DNA of 64,000 nt, taken from a virus. Made by a program: the position numbers and the translations under genes. The notes beneath the pieces are model-generated. The model searched no databases. It had not been told where the DNA came from and saw only the letters and a list, made by a program, of their open reading frames with translations. The stretch lies in the IMG/VR virus record IMGVR_UViG_3300044733_004754. The stretch is one strand, 5' to 3'. This document shows positions 27,007 through 36,684 of this stretch, piece by piece (the stretch's first letter is position 1; each line of letters begins with the position of its first letter).

Positions 27007-29043
27007 ATGAGTTACGATCTAGGACAAACATTTTACGTAGACAAAGCAGCAGTTCAAAATGCTGAAATGTGTTTTATTACATCTATTGGTTTGTTTTTTA
27101 AAACAAAACCTGTTCAGGGTAAAACAGTAAGTGGTATAGAATCACCAGGCGTTACCATTGCTTTGTGTAGTGTTAAAGAGGATGGGACACCCAATATAGG
27201 TAGTTCACCAATAGACATATCTCGCAAAGAATATGCGGATATATCCGTCAGCACGACAGGCTCTACAGAAACAACATTTACATTTGCTAAACCATTATGT
27301 ATTGATACGGACCGAACCTATTGTTTCCTTATAGCCTTTGACGGTAATGACACAGGGTATGAAATATTTGCAAATAAGTCTGGTAAACTAGCTGTTTCCT
27401 CGACGTCAATCACACAAGTTTCATCTGGTATTGTTGACGGAAATGCCTACAAGATAACGAACGGCAATGTTCTTACTCCTTTGACTGACACGGATATCAC
27501 ATTCAAAGTTAAAGTAGCCAAATTTACTGAACTTACAAAAACAATAAAAATTAATAATCGTCCCTATGAGTTTCTAACCGTTTCCGGTGTCACGGGAACT
27601 TTCAAGGGTGGTGAAGAAGTTTACGGTCAAGGTGCGTTTGTAGGAAACGTTCATATTACTCAAACGACAACTCTCATCGGTAACGGTACAACATTTACTT
27701 CCACACTAACAGTGGGCAATAAAATTAAGATTGAAAGTGCTAACGGTGGTTTAGTTAACATTCGCGTTGTAAATTCTATTACCAATGCAACACATTTGGT
27801 GATGGATCGCCCAGGAAGTTTTATTGACACTGCAGCAACATGTAACACAGGACCAACAGGTTTTCTTTATGAATACGATCCAATAAATGATTTGATGGTG
27901 ATTCAGGATTCAGACTCTACGTCTGACAGTAACAAAAATTGGGGCGATTCGAGCGTTGTTATAGGTGTGGATTCAAGAGCTTCAGCAAATATAACTAGTG
28001 TAGCAAATACACGTGTTAACAATATTATACCTAACTATACGGCTACAACACCTCCACAAACATCGCTGTCGCTTACGACTAATTTTGCTAACACAAGTGG
28101 AGGGGTGAGCTCCACGAGGAAAGTAACAGCAAAGCTCGGTAAGCGAGTGTTCATTAATACGTATGACGCAATGCTGGCTTCTAGGACCCGTGAAGTCAAG
28201 GCAGCTACGCCTTTCAAATCGTTTGAAGGTGAACTCCTATTGACAACATCCAATCCTTATTCTAGTCCCTTCGTACGTGAAAATGATTTGGATTTATTTG
28301 TAGAAAGATATAGCGTTAACAATAATACAGCAAACGAATCATCAAACAGAGGGTCTGCTTCAGCTCGTTACATTGGAAATCAAGTAACGTTAACAAATAA
28401 TCAATTTGCTGAAGATATGAAAATTTATCTCAAAGCATTTAAGCCTTCAAATACTGATATTCAGGTGTACGTTAAATTTTATAATACAACAGATATTGAA
28501 TCATTTGACATGAAGAGCTGGACAGAATTATCGTTAAATTCAACTTCGGTAAGTATAACATCAAATCCTTCAAACATTGATGACTTTAAAGATTTAGGGT
28601 TTGATGTACCGTTTTATCCACCAGGCACGCAAATCACAGGTAATTTTGCTGTCAACGCAAATGGTTTAATCCAAGGGTCATCAGGTACAGTAAGTAGCAA
28701 CGTAGCTGTAGGGGATGTTGTTCGGGTATATCATCCAGCTAATGCTAGCATCTACGTTGTAGATTCAGTGGTCGCAACTAATTCTTCTTCTTTAACCTTG
28801 TCGAGAGGGATCTCAAATACAACTATTACAGACCTACAATCGGGGTTCTATGTAGACAAAGCTACAGACAAAGAGGTTGCTTTCCTGGATAAACAAAATT
28901 TCAACACATTAACATATTTTAATAGTTCATTATCTAAGTTCAAGACATACAACGCCTTTGCTGTAAAAATTGTGTTATTGTCTTCAGATAATACAAATAT
29001 ACCATTCGTTGATGATCTACAGGCTGTAGCGGTGTCAGCGTGA
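27007..29043 (+). CDS. Virion structural protein, C-terminal segment of split VrlC-like protein
   Basis: Starts DLGQTF...FITSI.LFF..K; T.F.F..P, D..F....A.F, A.Y....V.L....AED.K.YL and F..FA.KIVL.S.....P...DL.A.A motifs. Confidence 0.65.
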   Translation: MSYDLGQTFYVDKAAVQNAEMCFITSIGLFFKTKPVQGKTVSGIESPGVTIALCSVKEDGTPNIGSSPIDISRKEYADISVSTTGSTETTFTFAKPLCIDTDRTYCFLIAFDGNDTGYEIFANKSGKLAVSSTSITQVSSGIVDGNAYKITNGNVLTPLTDTDITFKVKVAKFTELTKTIKINNRPYEFLTVSGVTGTFKGGEEVYGQGAFVGNVHITQTTTLIGNGTTFTSTLTVGNKIKIESANGGLVNIRVVNSITNATHLVMDRPGSFIDTAATCNTGPTGFLYEYDPINDLMVIQDSDSTSDSNKNWGDSSVVIGVDSRASANITSVANTRVNNIIPNYTATTPPQTSLSLTTNFANTSGGVSSTRKVTAKLGKRVFINTYDAMLASRTREVKAATPFKSFEGELLLTTSNPYSSPFVRENDLDLFVERYSVNNNTANESSNRGSASARYIGNQVTLTNNQFAEDMKIYLKAFKPSNTDIQVYVKFYNTTDIESFDMKSWTELSLNSTSVSITSNPSNIDDFKDLGFDVPFYPPGTQITGNFAVNANGLIQGSSGTVSSNVAVGDVVRVYHPANASIYVVDSVVATNSSSLTLSRGISNTTITDLQSGFYVDKATDKEVAFLDKQNFNTLTYFNSSLSKFKTYNAFAVKIVLLSSDNTNIPFVDDLQAVAVSA

Positions 29044-29273
29044 AATATCGTCCAGATACAAGCGACTCTAATTATATTCGAGATCCTCTGTCCAAAGCTG
29101 TTCTAAATATTGATATGGCAGGATATGAACGGTTCAAAACGGAACGAGACTTCATACTAAGGCAGCAACAACTTGAAAATAGTGTGCATGATCTTAAAAA
29201 AGATTTGAATGAATTTAAAGACTTAATTAAACAGTTAATTAACGGAAACACAAATGGCAAGACCAATAGCTAA
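29040..29273 (+). CDS. Small coiled-coil hypothetical protein following the VrlC-like genes
   Basis: YIRD..SKAVLN.D...Y...K then coiled coil; overlaps both neighbours. Confidence 0.6.
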   Translation: MKYRPDTSDSNYIRDPLSKAVLNIDMAGYERFKTERDFILRQQQLENSVHDLKKDLNEFKDLIKQLINGNTNGKTNS

Positions 29274-31326
29274 TGTTGTTATATCTACGGATTCATTTGC
29301 AACGTGGATTGGTATTACTAATCGGATAGCGGACACTATTACGACGCAGGCCTTAACAGCAAACAACACCGCTAATGGGGCTAATGTTTCTGGTAATTCA
29401 CAACTAATAGGTATTTTTGCTGCAAACACTATAGCTGCTGGTACAACCCTACGTGGTGGTACAGTTAACGCATCGGCTAATTTAAATCTAACATCAAATG
29501 CTTACTTTACAGGAAGTAATACGGCATTTGCTAGTAACGTTGCCGTTTACAATTCGACAGGATATTTTTACTCAAATACTCAAACGTTTTACATAGCTGG
29601 TACATTTGCCAATGTAACCGCAAATAGCTACTTTAATTCTAACTTCTTTATTGCTAACACGGTCATAAACCGTATACAAGGTGGTGGGTTTCAAGTAACC
29701 TCAAACACGTTACTTTCTTCAGCCAACGTATTTGTTAACGCAGCAGCAACCACCATACAAAACGGTCAAGCAACAATAACATCTAACGTCTCTATTGAGA
29801 ATGCAAATACCAATATTAATGCAACAGCTTTTGGTGTTCAAGGTGTTAGCACTATAACAGGTAATACTACATTAAAAGGCAATACATCTACTAATAGTAT
29901 TCAGCTCACTGGCAATTCGACTGTAACCGCTTTGACGGTAAGTGTCAACAGCACTTCTGTTGCAGGTAATTTGGCTGTGACAAATGCTACTTCGTTATCC
30001 AATACGTTATCTGTTACTGGCAACACAACGATATCAAATACATTAGCTGTTACTGGTAATGTGACGTTTTCTAATACATTATTTGTTGTTGGTGCAGCTA
30101 CACTATCAAATACATTAGCCGTGACAAATGCAGTAACTTTGTCGAACACGTTGTTGACGGTAGGTAATGTAACGTTTTCGAATACATTAGCTGTAACCGG
30201 TGCTGTCACAATGTCTAATACGCTAGCCGTGACAAATGCAGCTACGTTTTCAAATACAATATCCGTTACTGGTAATGCTACTTTTTCAAACACAATATCT
30301 GTTACGGGCGCTGCAACACTTTCAAATACACTGGCAGTGACAAATGCGGCAACATTATCTAACACACTGTCTGTTACTGGTAATGCTACGTTCTCAAACA
30401 CAATAGCTGTTACAGGTAATGTAACGTTTTCAAACACGCTAGTCGTAACTGGTGCTGTAACGTTATCAAATACATTAGCTGTAACTGGTACTGGGACGGT
30501 GAATGGTGCATTCACGGTTAACAATACAGCTTCTGTAGGCAACACAACGATAACAGGATTCGTTAACGTATCATCAACAGCAAATGTTGGTGGTAATGTA
30601 AATTTAAGAGGTACCCTCACTGTTAATGGTGCTGTGACAGTACCTAATACATTAGCTGTAGGAAATACTAGTGTTACTGGTTTTGTGTCTGTGACGCAGA
30701 CATTGGGTGTAACTAACGCTGCTACTTTCTCCAACACACTAGCGGTCACGGGTAACGTAACGTTTTCTAATACGTTAGCGGTTACAGGTGCAACGACTTT
30801 ATCTAATACGTTAGCTGTTACAGGTAATGCGACGTTCTCAAATACAATAGCTGTCACTGGTAACGCAACATTCTCAAATACGATATCTGTAGCCGGTAAT
30901 ACTACGCTATCAAATACACTAGCCGTAACAGGTGCTACGACTCTATCGAACACACTCAGTGTTGCTGGTAATACAACACTCCAAACAGATCTTGAATTGT
31001 GCGTTGTATCGACTACACTTAATACAGTCACTGTAACTCCACAAGATGTATTGGTGTTAACAAAGCCTGTGGGATATAGAGCTGCAAAAATAACTGCAGC
31101 AGTGACGAGTCAAAGCGGTGCCAATGTATCAACACAGGAAATGATCCTTGCACATTCAGCTTCTGCTAATGATGTAACATTAACAATTTATGGTACAGTA
31201 GCTGCTCCAGCAACATCTAATCTGGGTAGTTTTTCTGCCGCTATAAATACAACAGCACTGGCACTAAAGTTTCATCAAACAGGTGCTAGTTCGCTTGTAA
31301 AAATGTTCATTCAGTTTATCAAATAA
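29254..31326 (+). CDS. Tail fibre-like protein with 12-aa SNTLAVTGNATF repeats
   Basis: DSF.TW...TN N-terminal motif; more than 20 tandem 12-aa units. Confidence 0.65.
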   Translation: MARPIANVVISTDSFATWIGITNRIADTITTQALTANNTANGANVSGNSQLIGIFAANTIAAGTTLRGGTVNASANLNLTSNAYFTGSNTAFASNVAVYNSTGYFYSNTQTFYIAGTFANVTANSYFNSNFFIANTVINRIQGGGFQVTSNTLLSSANVFVNAAATTIQNGQATITSNVSIENANTNINATAFGVQGVSTITGNTTLKGNTSTNSIQLTGNSTVTALTVSVNSTSVAGNLAVTNATSLSNTLSVTGNTTISNTLAVTGNVTFSNTLFVVGAATLSNTLAVTNAVTLSNTLLTVGNVTFSNTLAVTGAVTMSNTLAVTNAATFSNTISVTGNATFSNTISVTGAATLSNTLAVTNAATLSNTLSVTGNATFSNTIAVTGNVTFSNTLVVTGAVTLSNTLAVTGTGTVNGAFTVNNTASVGNTTITGFVNVSSTANVGGNVNLRGTLTVNGAVTVPNTLAVGNTSVTGFVSVTQTLGVTNAATFSNTLAVTGNVTFSNTLAVTGATTLSNTLAVTGNATFSNTIAVTGNATFSNTISVAGNTTLSNTLAVTGATTLSNTLSVAGNTTLQTDLELCVVSTTLNTVTVTPQDVLVLTKPVGYRAAKITAAVTSQSGANVSTQEMILAHSASANDVTLTIYGTVAAPATSNLGSFSAAINTTALALKFHQTGASSLVKMFIQFIK
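29960..30980 (+). repeat. 36-bp coding tandem repeat (SNTL[AS]VTG[NA][AV]T[FL])
   Basis: Periodic translation with degenerate DNA copies. Confidence 0.85.
31242..31249 (+). promoter_or_regulatory. Possible late promoter TATAAATA inside the 690-aa gene
   Basis: Exact consensus about 85 nt upstream of the 31335 ORF; intragenic, so it may be chance. Confidence 0.45.
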
Positions 31327-31334
31327 GGTAAGTA

Positions 31335-33128
31335 ATGGCTGATACGTCAAGCAATGTTCAATTCAAGGTTGAAAATGGTCTCCTTGTTTTAGGTACCGCA
31401 AATGTTGCTGGACCAGCAGTGTTCAATGCCAACGTTGACATTAACGGGTCATATCTTTCTGTTACGGCAAATCTTCAAAGTAGCCTGGTTCCATTAAATA
31501 ACACCTATTCACTTGGTAACGCAACATCGCGCTGGGCGTTGAGCGCAATGGGCGGTAGTTTTGTTGACAGTGTTTCAGTTACTAACACCTTATCAACAGG
31601 TAATACAACAATAACCGGTTTCGTCAACGTATCATCCACAGCAAATATTGGTGGTGCAGCGACATTGAGAGGCACGCTAACGGTAAATGGTGCTGTAACT
31701 ATTGCCAATACTCTAGCTACAGGTAATACATCCATAACAGGTACACTGGCTGCTAATAATACAACTATAACAGGGTTTGTTAATGTATCATCAACAGCAA
31801 ATATCGGTGGTGCCACGTCGTTAAGAAGTACGTTGGTTGTAAACGGTGCTGTAACTATTGCCAATACTCTAGCTACAGGTAATACATCCATAACAGGGTT
31901 TGCAACAGTATCCACAACCCTTACTGTTACAGGAGCGACAACACTTTCCAATACTCTTTCTGTAACAGGAAACACCACTCTTTCGAACACGCTAGCTGTT
32001 ACTGGTAATACATCTCTCTCTAATAGTTTAATCGTAACTGGTAATACGACCTTATCAAATACACTGGCTGTAACTGGTAACGTCGTTCTATCGAACACAT
32101 TAGCTGTAACTGGTAATGTGACGTTTTCTAATACGTTAGCGGTTACAGGTAATACCACTTTTTCAAACACTATTAATATTGCCGGTATCACAACCTTACG
32201 TAGCGCTGCCAATGTAGTTGGAGCAGCTGCAGCCTTCAATGCATTGACGGGTGTTGCAAACACGACGGAGTTCATCACCACAACGGCAGCACATGGCTTT
32301 AGTAATGGTGATCTGGTTCAGTACATTGTATCGACTGGTAATACAGCTGTAACAGGTCTTGCAAATGGAACAAGTTACTACGTGGTTGAGGCGAATTCAA
32401 CTGCATTCAAGTTATCCTCGTCGTATGGTGGATCAGTCATAAATCTAACCGCCAGTGTTAGTGAAGTTGGACATACTCTTACACCCCAACGAATTGTTCT
32501 ATCAACGAATGGTAATATTGATAGTTCGTTAGGATTAGCTAACGTTGGCTCTTTACGTGTATTAGGGACCGCTGTTGTAAACGGTGCAGTAACGCTAGCT
32601 AGTACGTTAGGTGTTACTGGAGCAGCAACATTTTCAAACACAATATCCGTAACAGGTAATGCGACCCTGTCAAACACGCTTGCTGTTACTGGTGCAACGA
32701 CACTATCAAATACACTTGTTGTTTCGGGTAACGCAACATTTGACACAGATTTGCTTTTCATTGATGCAGTAAACAACAGAATTGGATTCAAGAACACATC
32801 ACCAAGCTCAACCGATCTAATAACTATATCAGGTAATACTGTACTTACTGGTTTAAGTGCAGCTATTCGTTTCCTATCGTCAAACGCAACACATAATGCG
32901 TCTATTACAATAGCCGGTAACACAACAAATACACGTACGACGTTTACTACATACGAAGCGAACGCAACAGCAAGTGATGGTGGTTTTATTTTCCAGGCAG
33001 CAAACGGAACAACAACCACATCTGTTCTAGCTTTTAATCAAACTGAGCTAAAGTATAAAACTGGTAATGTTGCACATGCAGGAAATTTTGGGATTTACGA
33101 TGTAAGCGGTACGCGGCTAGGACCATGA
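31335..33128 (+). CDS. Tail fibre-like protein with 12-aa repeats and one gp7-type repeat domain
   Basis: FKVENGL N-terminus, VP..NTYSLG..T.RW, SNTLAVTGN repeats, HGFSNGDLVQY...YYVV domain and FID..NNRIG. Confidence 0.65.
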   Translation: MADTSSNVQFKVENGLLVLGTANVAGPAVFNANVDINGSYLSVTANLQSSLVPLNNTYSLGNATSRWALSAMGGSFVDSVSVTNTLSTGNTTITGFVNVSSTANIGGAATLRGTLTVNGAVTIANTLATGNTSITGTLAANNTTITGFVNVSSTANIGGATSLRSTLVVNGAVTIANTLATGNTSITGFATVSTTLTVTGATTLSNTLSVTGNTTLSNTLAVTGNTSLSNSLIVTGNTTLSNTLAVTGNVVLSNTLAVTGNVTFSNTLAVTGNTTFSNTINIAGITTLRSAANVVGAAAAFNALTGVANTTEFITTTAAHGFSNGDLVQYIVSTGNTAVTGLANGTSYYVVEANSTAFKLSSSYGGSVINLTASVSEVGHTLTPQRIVLSTNGNIDSSLGLANVGSLRVLGTAVVNGAVTLASTLGVTGAATFSNTISVTGNATLSNTLAVTGATTLSNTLVVSGNATFDTDLLFIDAVNNRIGFKNTSPSSTDLITISGNTVLTGLSAAIRFLSSNATHNASITIAGNTTNTRTTFTTYEANATASDGGFIFQAANGTTTTSVLAFNQTELKYKTGNVAHAGNFGIYDVSGTRLGP

Positions 33129-33129
33129 A

Positions 33130-36100
33130 ATGGCAAGACCACTTAGAGCAAGATATGTTACAGCAAGTACAAGTGACGGTGTTCAGGAGATGTCGGATAG
33201 CGACATCAATGACCTTGTTATTCCTAGGATAACCAACTTATTTTACGCTGCATCAAATACATCTGGCTACGGTAACAAACTCGAACTAAGAACTACACCA
33301 CCAACTTGGAATTATGTTACTGGTGGGACTGTTCTTGATGTGTTTCCAACAGCTTTACCGCCCATCGGGACACATCCAGTAACTTCTTCGTCAACAACAT
33401 ACACGTTGTACCAAAATCTTGACACTGCATTGACAACAAACTTTGATCTTATAACCAAACCTGTTAAAACAGAGGCAAGTGGTGGTGTTCAAAAGATTCA
33501 ACAGTTTTCAAACAATGAAATCAGAGATGATATTCATAGTAAAGTTATTGCTGAAATATCTGTTGGGGCACAAGGAGCTTACTGGCTTGGAACTTCACCA
33601 CCAGGAACAGGTACGTGGATTGTTGTATCCTCAATAAACGATACTTTTGTTAACTCGACAAGCAATAGCACGCAAACAACCACATATAATTTGTATCAGC
33701 GCTCTACGAATAGTGGGTATGGTACAAAGAGGCCTTTAAAAGGTACAGCGAACGCTCTTACAGAGATGTCCGATGCTGAAATTGACACAATGACAGCGGC
33801 TATACGTGATTGTATTGCGGCTGGTATTGGTAGATATCAAATATCGACTACATCACCAACGCCTGGTACTTGGGTAGCTCGTGGTTCTTTCACAGATACA
33901 CAGAATGGTATAGAGGATCAATCATATTCCGGTAGTTACTTGGGTACTTTTACAGGTGCGTTCAGTGGCATTTATAATCAAGCATTCACAGGAGCTTATC
34001 AGGGACAGTTTAATCGGGCATTTACAGGTAACTTTATTGATACTTCTAAATTTACTGGTGCATTTGCAGGTGTGTATCAGCAAAATTTTACAGGTATCTA
34101 TTCACGTATTTTTACTCGTGATACAAACACCTCGTTTACGGGTGTTTATCAGAACACATATACAGGTAATTACACAGGTTTATTTGCGGGTGCATACTCA
34201 CAGGTATTCTCCGGTGGATATTTGGGAAGTTATCAAGGCTCTACTTTTACTGGCGGCTTCAACCAGACTTTTGCTGGTACGTATGTGGGAACATTTACAG
34301 GACCATATTCAGGAAATTTCCAGGGCGTAACATATTCAGGCGGATTCAATCAAAATTTTACTGGCGTATATGTAGGGGCGTTTTCAAGACCATATGCTGG
34401 GAACTTCCAAGGTATAACATATTCGGGTGGATATAATCAGACTTTTGCCGGTACGTATGTGGGAACATTCACGGGACCATATTCTGGTTCTTATCAGGGT
34501 ACAATATATCCTGGTGGGTATAATCAGACGTTTGCTGGAACATACAATCAAACGTTTACAGCTCAATACTCAGGGGATTTCCAGGGCGTAACATATTCAG
34601 GCGGTTACAATCAGACTTTCATAGGTGTATACGCAGGATCATTTTCAAGACCATATGCTGGGAATTTTCAAGGTATAACATATTCAGGTAGCTACAATCA
34701 AACCTTTGCCGGTACGTATAATCAAAGTTTTACCGGTGGATTTGTAAATAATTATGCCGGGACCTACTCACAGGCGTTCAGTGCCACGTACGCTGGTGGA
34801 TATGTTGGGGACTTTTCAAGAGCATATACAGGTTCATATCAGAACACATATTCAGGGGCATATGCAAATACGTGGTCTCGAATATTTTCAAGAGCGTGGA
34901 CGGGATCCTATACTGCTGCATATACGGGCGATTATACTGGTGCATATACGAAGGCCTTTGCGCGACTTTTCACAGGAACATATACAGGCGCTTGGATTGG
35001 TAACTACACACGTGGCTTTGTAGGCCTATATGGTTCAACATTCTCAAGAGGCTTCTCCTCCTTTTTCGTGGCCGCGTACACTTCAACGTATGCAGGAACT
35101 TATACAGGTAACTACACACGAGCTTTCACACCATCGTTTCAAGGATCGTATGCACTTCCTTCTGTAGGCTCCTACGATGGGGATTACATAGCAGGTGGAT
35201 TTACTGGGCCTTTCAACATCACGTATTATACAGGTACATATCAGGGCACATATAACAGCTTTTTCACGGGTACGTATGAAGGTGCTTTCTCACGTATATT
35301 TGCCGGTAGTTATGCTGGTACATACCAAGACCCCTATACAATAACATCATTTACGGGGCCATTTGCTGGTACAGGTTATTTTACAGGATCGTACGTTGGC
35401 AATTACCAAGGTAATTTTGGCGCTAGTTATCAAACGACATTCCAGGGATTTTATTCGGGTTTATATACGCAGGCCTTTTTGAGAGCGTGGACGAACGTAT
35501 TTGTATCAAGCTGGACATCACTGTATGCTGGTACATACTCAAGAGCATTTACAGGTGAATATCTCCAAAACTACATTGGATCGTATGAAGGAACATTCAG
35601 TAGAGAGTTCTCAGCCCCATATCAGGGATCATATGAGAATAGTTGGTCAAGAATATTTACTGGTGATTGGACGGGGGGTTTTAGTACTAATTACACTGGT
35701 GGGTATGTTAATTTTTGGACAGGGTCTTACACGAGTACATATTCCAGGGTTTTTTCGGGAGCTTATACTGGTGTAATTACATACACGGGTGGGTTTGTTG
35801 GGTTATATGCAAATACGTGGGCAGGCAGTTACACAGGACAATTTACTGGTGGCTATACTAGGGCGTTCACGGGTGACTATACGGCTACTTGGTCAGGATC
35901 CTATACCGGTGCGTACTCACAAAACTTTACCGGTTCGTATACAGGGACCTTTACTGGTGGATATACGGCTACGTGGACCGGTACCTACTCAAGAGTATTC
36001 ACAGGACAGTTTACAGGCGGATATACCGCGGTATTTACTGGTGCTTATACATCAACCTGGACAGGTTCATATGTAGGTTCATACTCACAAAACTTTTCTG

Positions 36101-36678
36101 GTAACTATGTAGGAACATTTACGGGTGCGTATACATCCACTTGGACAGGTTCTTACACCGGATCGTATTCACAAAACTTTACTGGTATATACACAGGCAC
36201 GTTCACAGGGGCATACACGGCTACGTGGACGGGTGTATATTCTGGTGCGTATTCACGAAATTTTACAGGCGCATATACGGGTACATTCAGCGGCAACTAC
36301 ACAGCTACCTTTGCTGGGACGTACACGGGCGGTTATACACGAGCATTTTCTGGTACATACGCTGGTAACTACACGGGCGGGTTTATTGGTCAGTGGACAG
36401 GAGTATACAGCCGTATATTCACTGGTTTATATACCGGCGCGTTCACAGGCGTTTTTATTGGTAACTTTACAGGTAGTTATGTTGGGACATATTCACGTAT
36501 ATTTACGGGTGCATATACTGGTTTGTTCACTGGCTCATATTCTGGAGCATATACGGGTGCTTTCAGTGGTAACTATGCTAATAATTTTACACGATTATTT
36601 ACAGGGGCATACTCGGGTCTAACCGTCACCGGTACAACGACGACGACTACATATACATTATGGGTTAGAACAGCTTGA
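33130..36678 (+). CDS. YTG-repeat filament/fibre protein A (1182 aa)
   Basis: Three ~95-aa N-terminal repeats (RPL...QEMS..[DE]I...GTW), about 900 aa of [YFW]-x-G-x repeats, C-terminus TLWVRTA. Confidence 0.7.
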   Translation: MARPLRARYVTASTSDGVQEMSDSDINDLVIPRITNLFYAASNTSGYGNKLELRTTPPTWNYVTGGTVLDVFPTALPPIGTHPVTSSSTTYTLYQNLDTALTTNFDLITKPVKTEASGGVQKIQQFSNNEIRDDIHSKVIAEISVGAQGAYWLGTSPPGTGTWIVVSSINDTFVNSTSNSTQTTTYNLYQRSTNSGYGTKRPLKGTANALTEMSDAEIDTMTAAIRDCIAAGIGRYQISTTSPTPGTWVARGSFTDTQNGIEDQSYSGSYLGTFTGAFSGIYNQAFTGAYQGQFNRAFTGNFIDTSKFTGAFAGVYQQNFTGIYSRIFTRDTNTSFTGVYQNTYTGNYTGLFAGAYSQVFSGGYLGSYQGSTFTGGFNQTFAGTYVGTFTGPYSGNFQGVTYSGGFNQNFTGVYVGAFSRPYAGNFQGITYSGGYNQTFAGTYVGTFTGPYSGSYQGTIYPGGYNQTFAGTYNQTFTAQYSGDFQGVTYSGGYNQTFIGVYAGSFSRPYAGNFQGITYSGSYNQTFAGTYNQSFTGGFVNNYAGTYSQAFSATYAGGYVGDFSRAYTGSYQNTYSGAYANTWSRIFSRAWTGSYTAAYTGDYTGAYTKAFARLFTGTYTGAWIGNYTRGFVGLYGSTFSRGFSSFFVAAYTSTYAGTYTGNYTRAFTPSFQGSYALPSVGSYDGDYIAGGFTGPFNITYYTGTYQGTYNSFFTGTYEGAFSRIFAGSYAGTYQDPYTITSFTGPFAGTGYFTGSYVGNYQGNFGASYQTTFQGFYSGLYTQAFLRAWTNVFVSSWTSLYAGTYSRAFTGEYLQNYIGSYEGTFSREFSAPYQGSYENSWSRIFTGDWTGGFSTNYTGGYVNFWTGSYTSTYSRVFSGAYTGVITYTGGFVGLYANTWAGSYTGQFTGGYTRAFTGDYTATWSGSYTGAYSQNFTGSYTGTFTGGYTATWTGTYSRVFTGQFTGGYTAVFTGAYTSTWTGSYVGSYSQNFSGNYVGTFTGAYTSTWTGSYTGSYSQNFTGIYTGTFTGAYTATWTGVYSGAYSRNFTGAYTGTFSGNYTATFAGTYTGGYTRAFSGTYAGNYTGGFIGQWTGVYSRIFTGLYTGAFTGVFIGNFTGSYVGTYSRIFTGAYTGLFTGSYSGAYTGAFSGNYANNFTRLFTGAYSGLTVTGTTTTTTYTLWVRTA
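33920..36615 (+). repeat. Coding tetrapeptide tract with 87-bp x6 (34234-34755) and 84-bp x6 (35878-36381) super-repeats
   Basis: Gln codons at 34234, 34321, 34408, 34495, 34582, 34669; Trp codons at 35890, 35974, 36058, 36142, 36226. Confidence 0.9.
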
Positions 36679-36684
36679 GAAAAA

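Noticed and set aside
29901-33019. Long antisense ORFs (376, 258, 213 aa) over the fibre repeats
   Set aside because: They are reverse-frame read-through of Thr/Asn/Val/Gly repeats that lack stop-forming codons.
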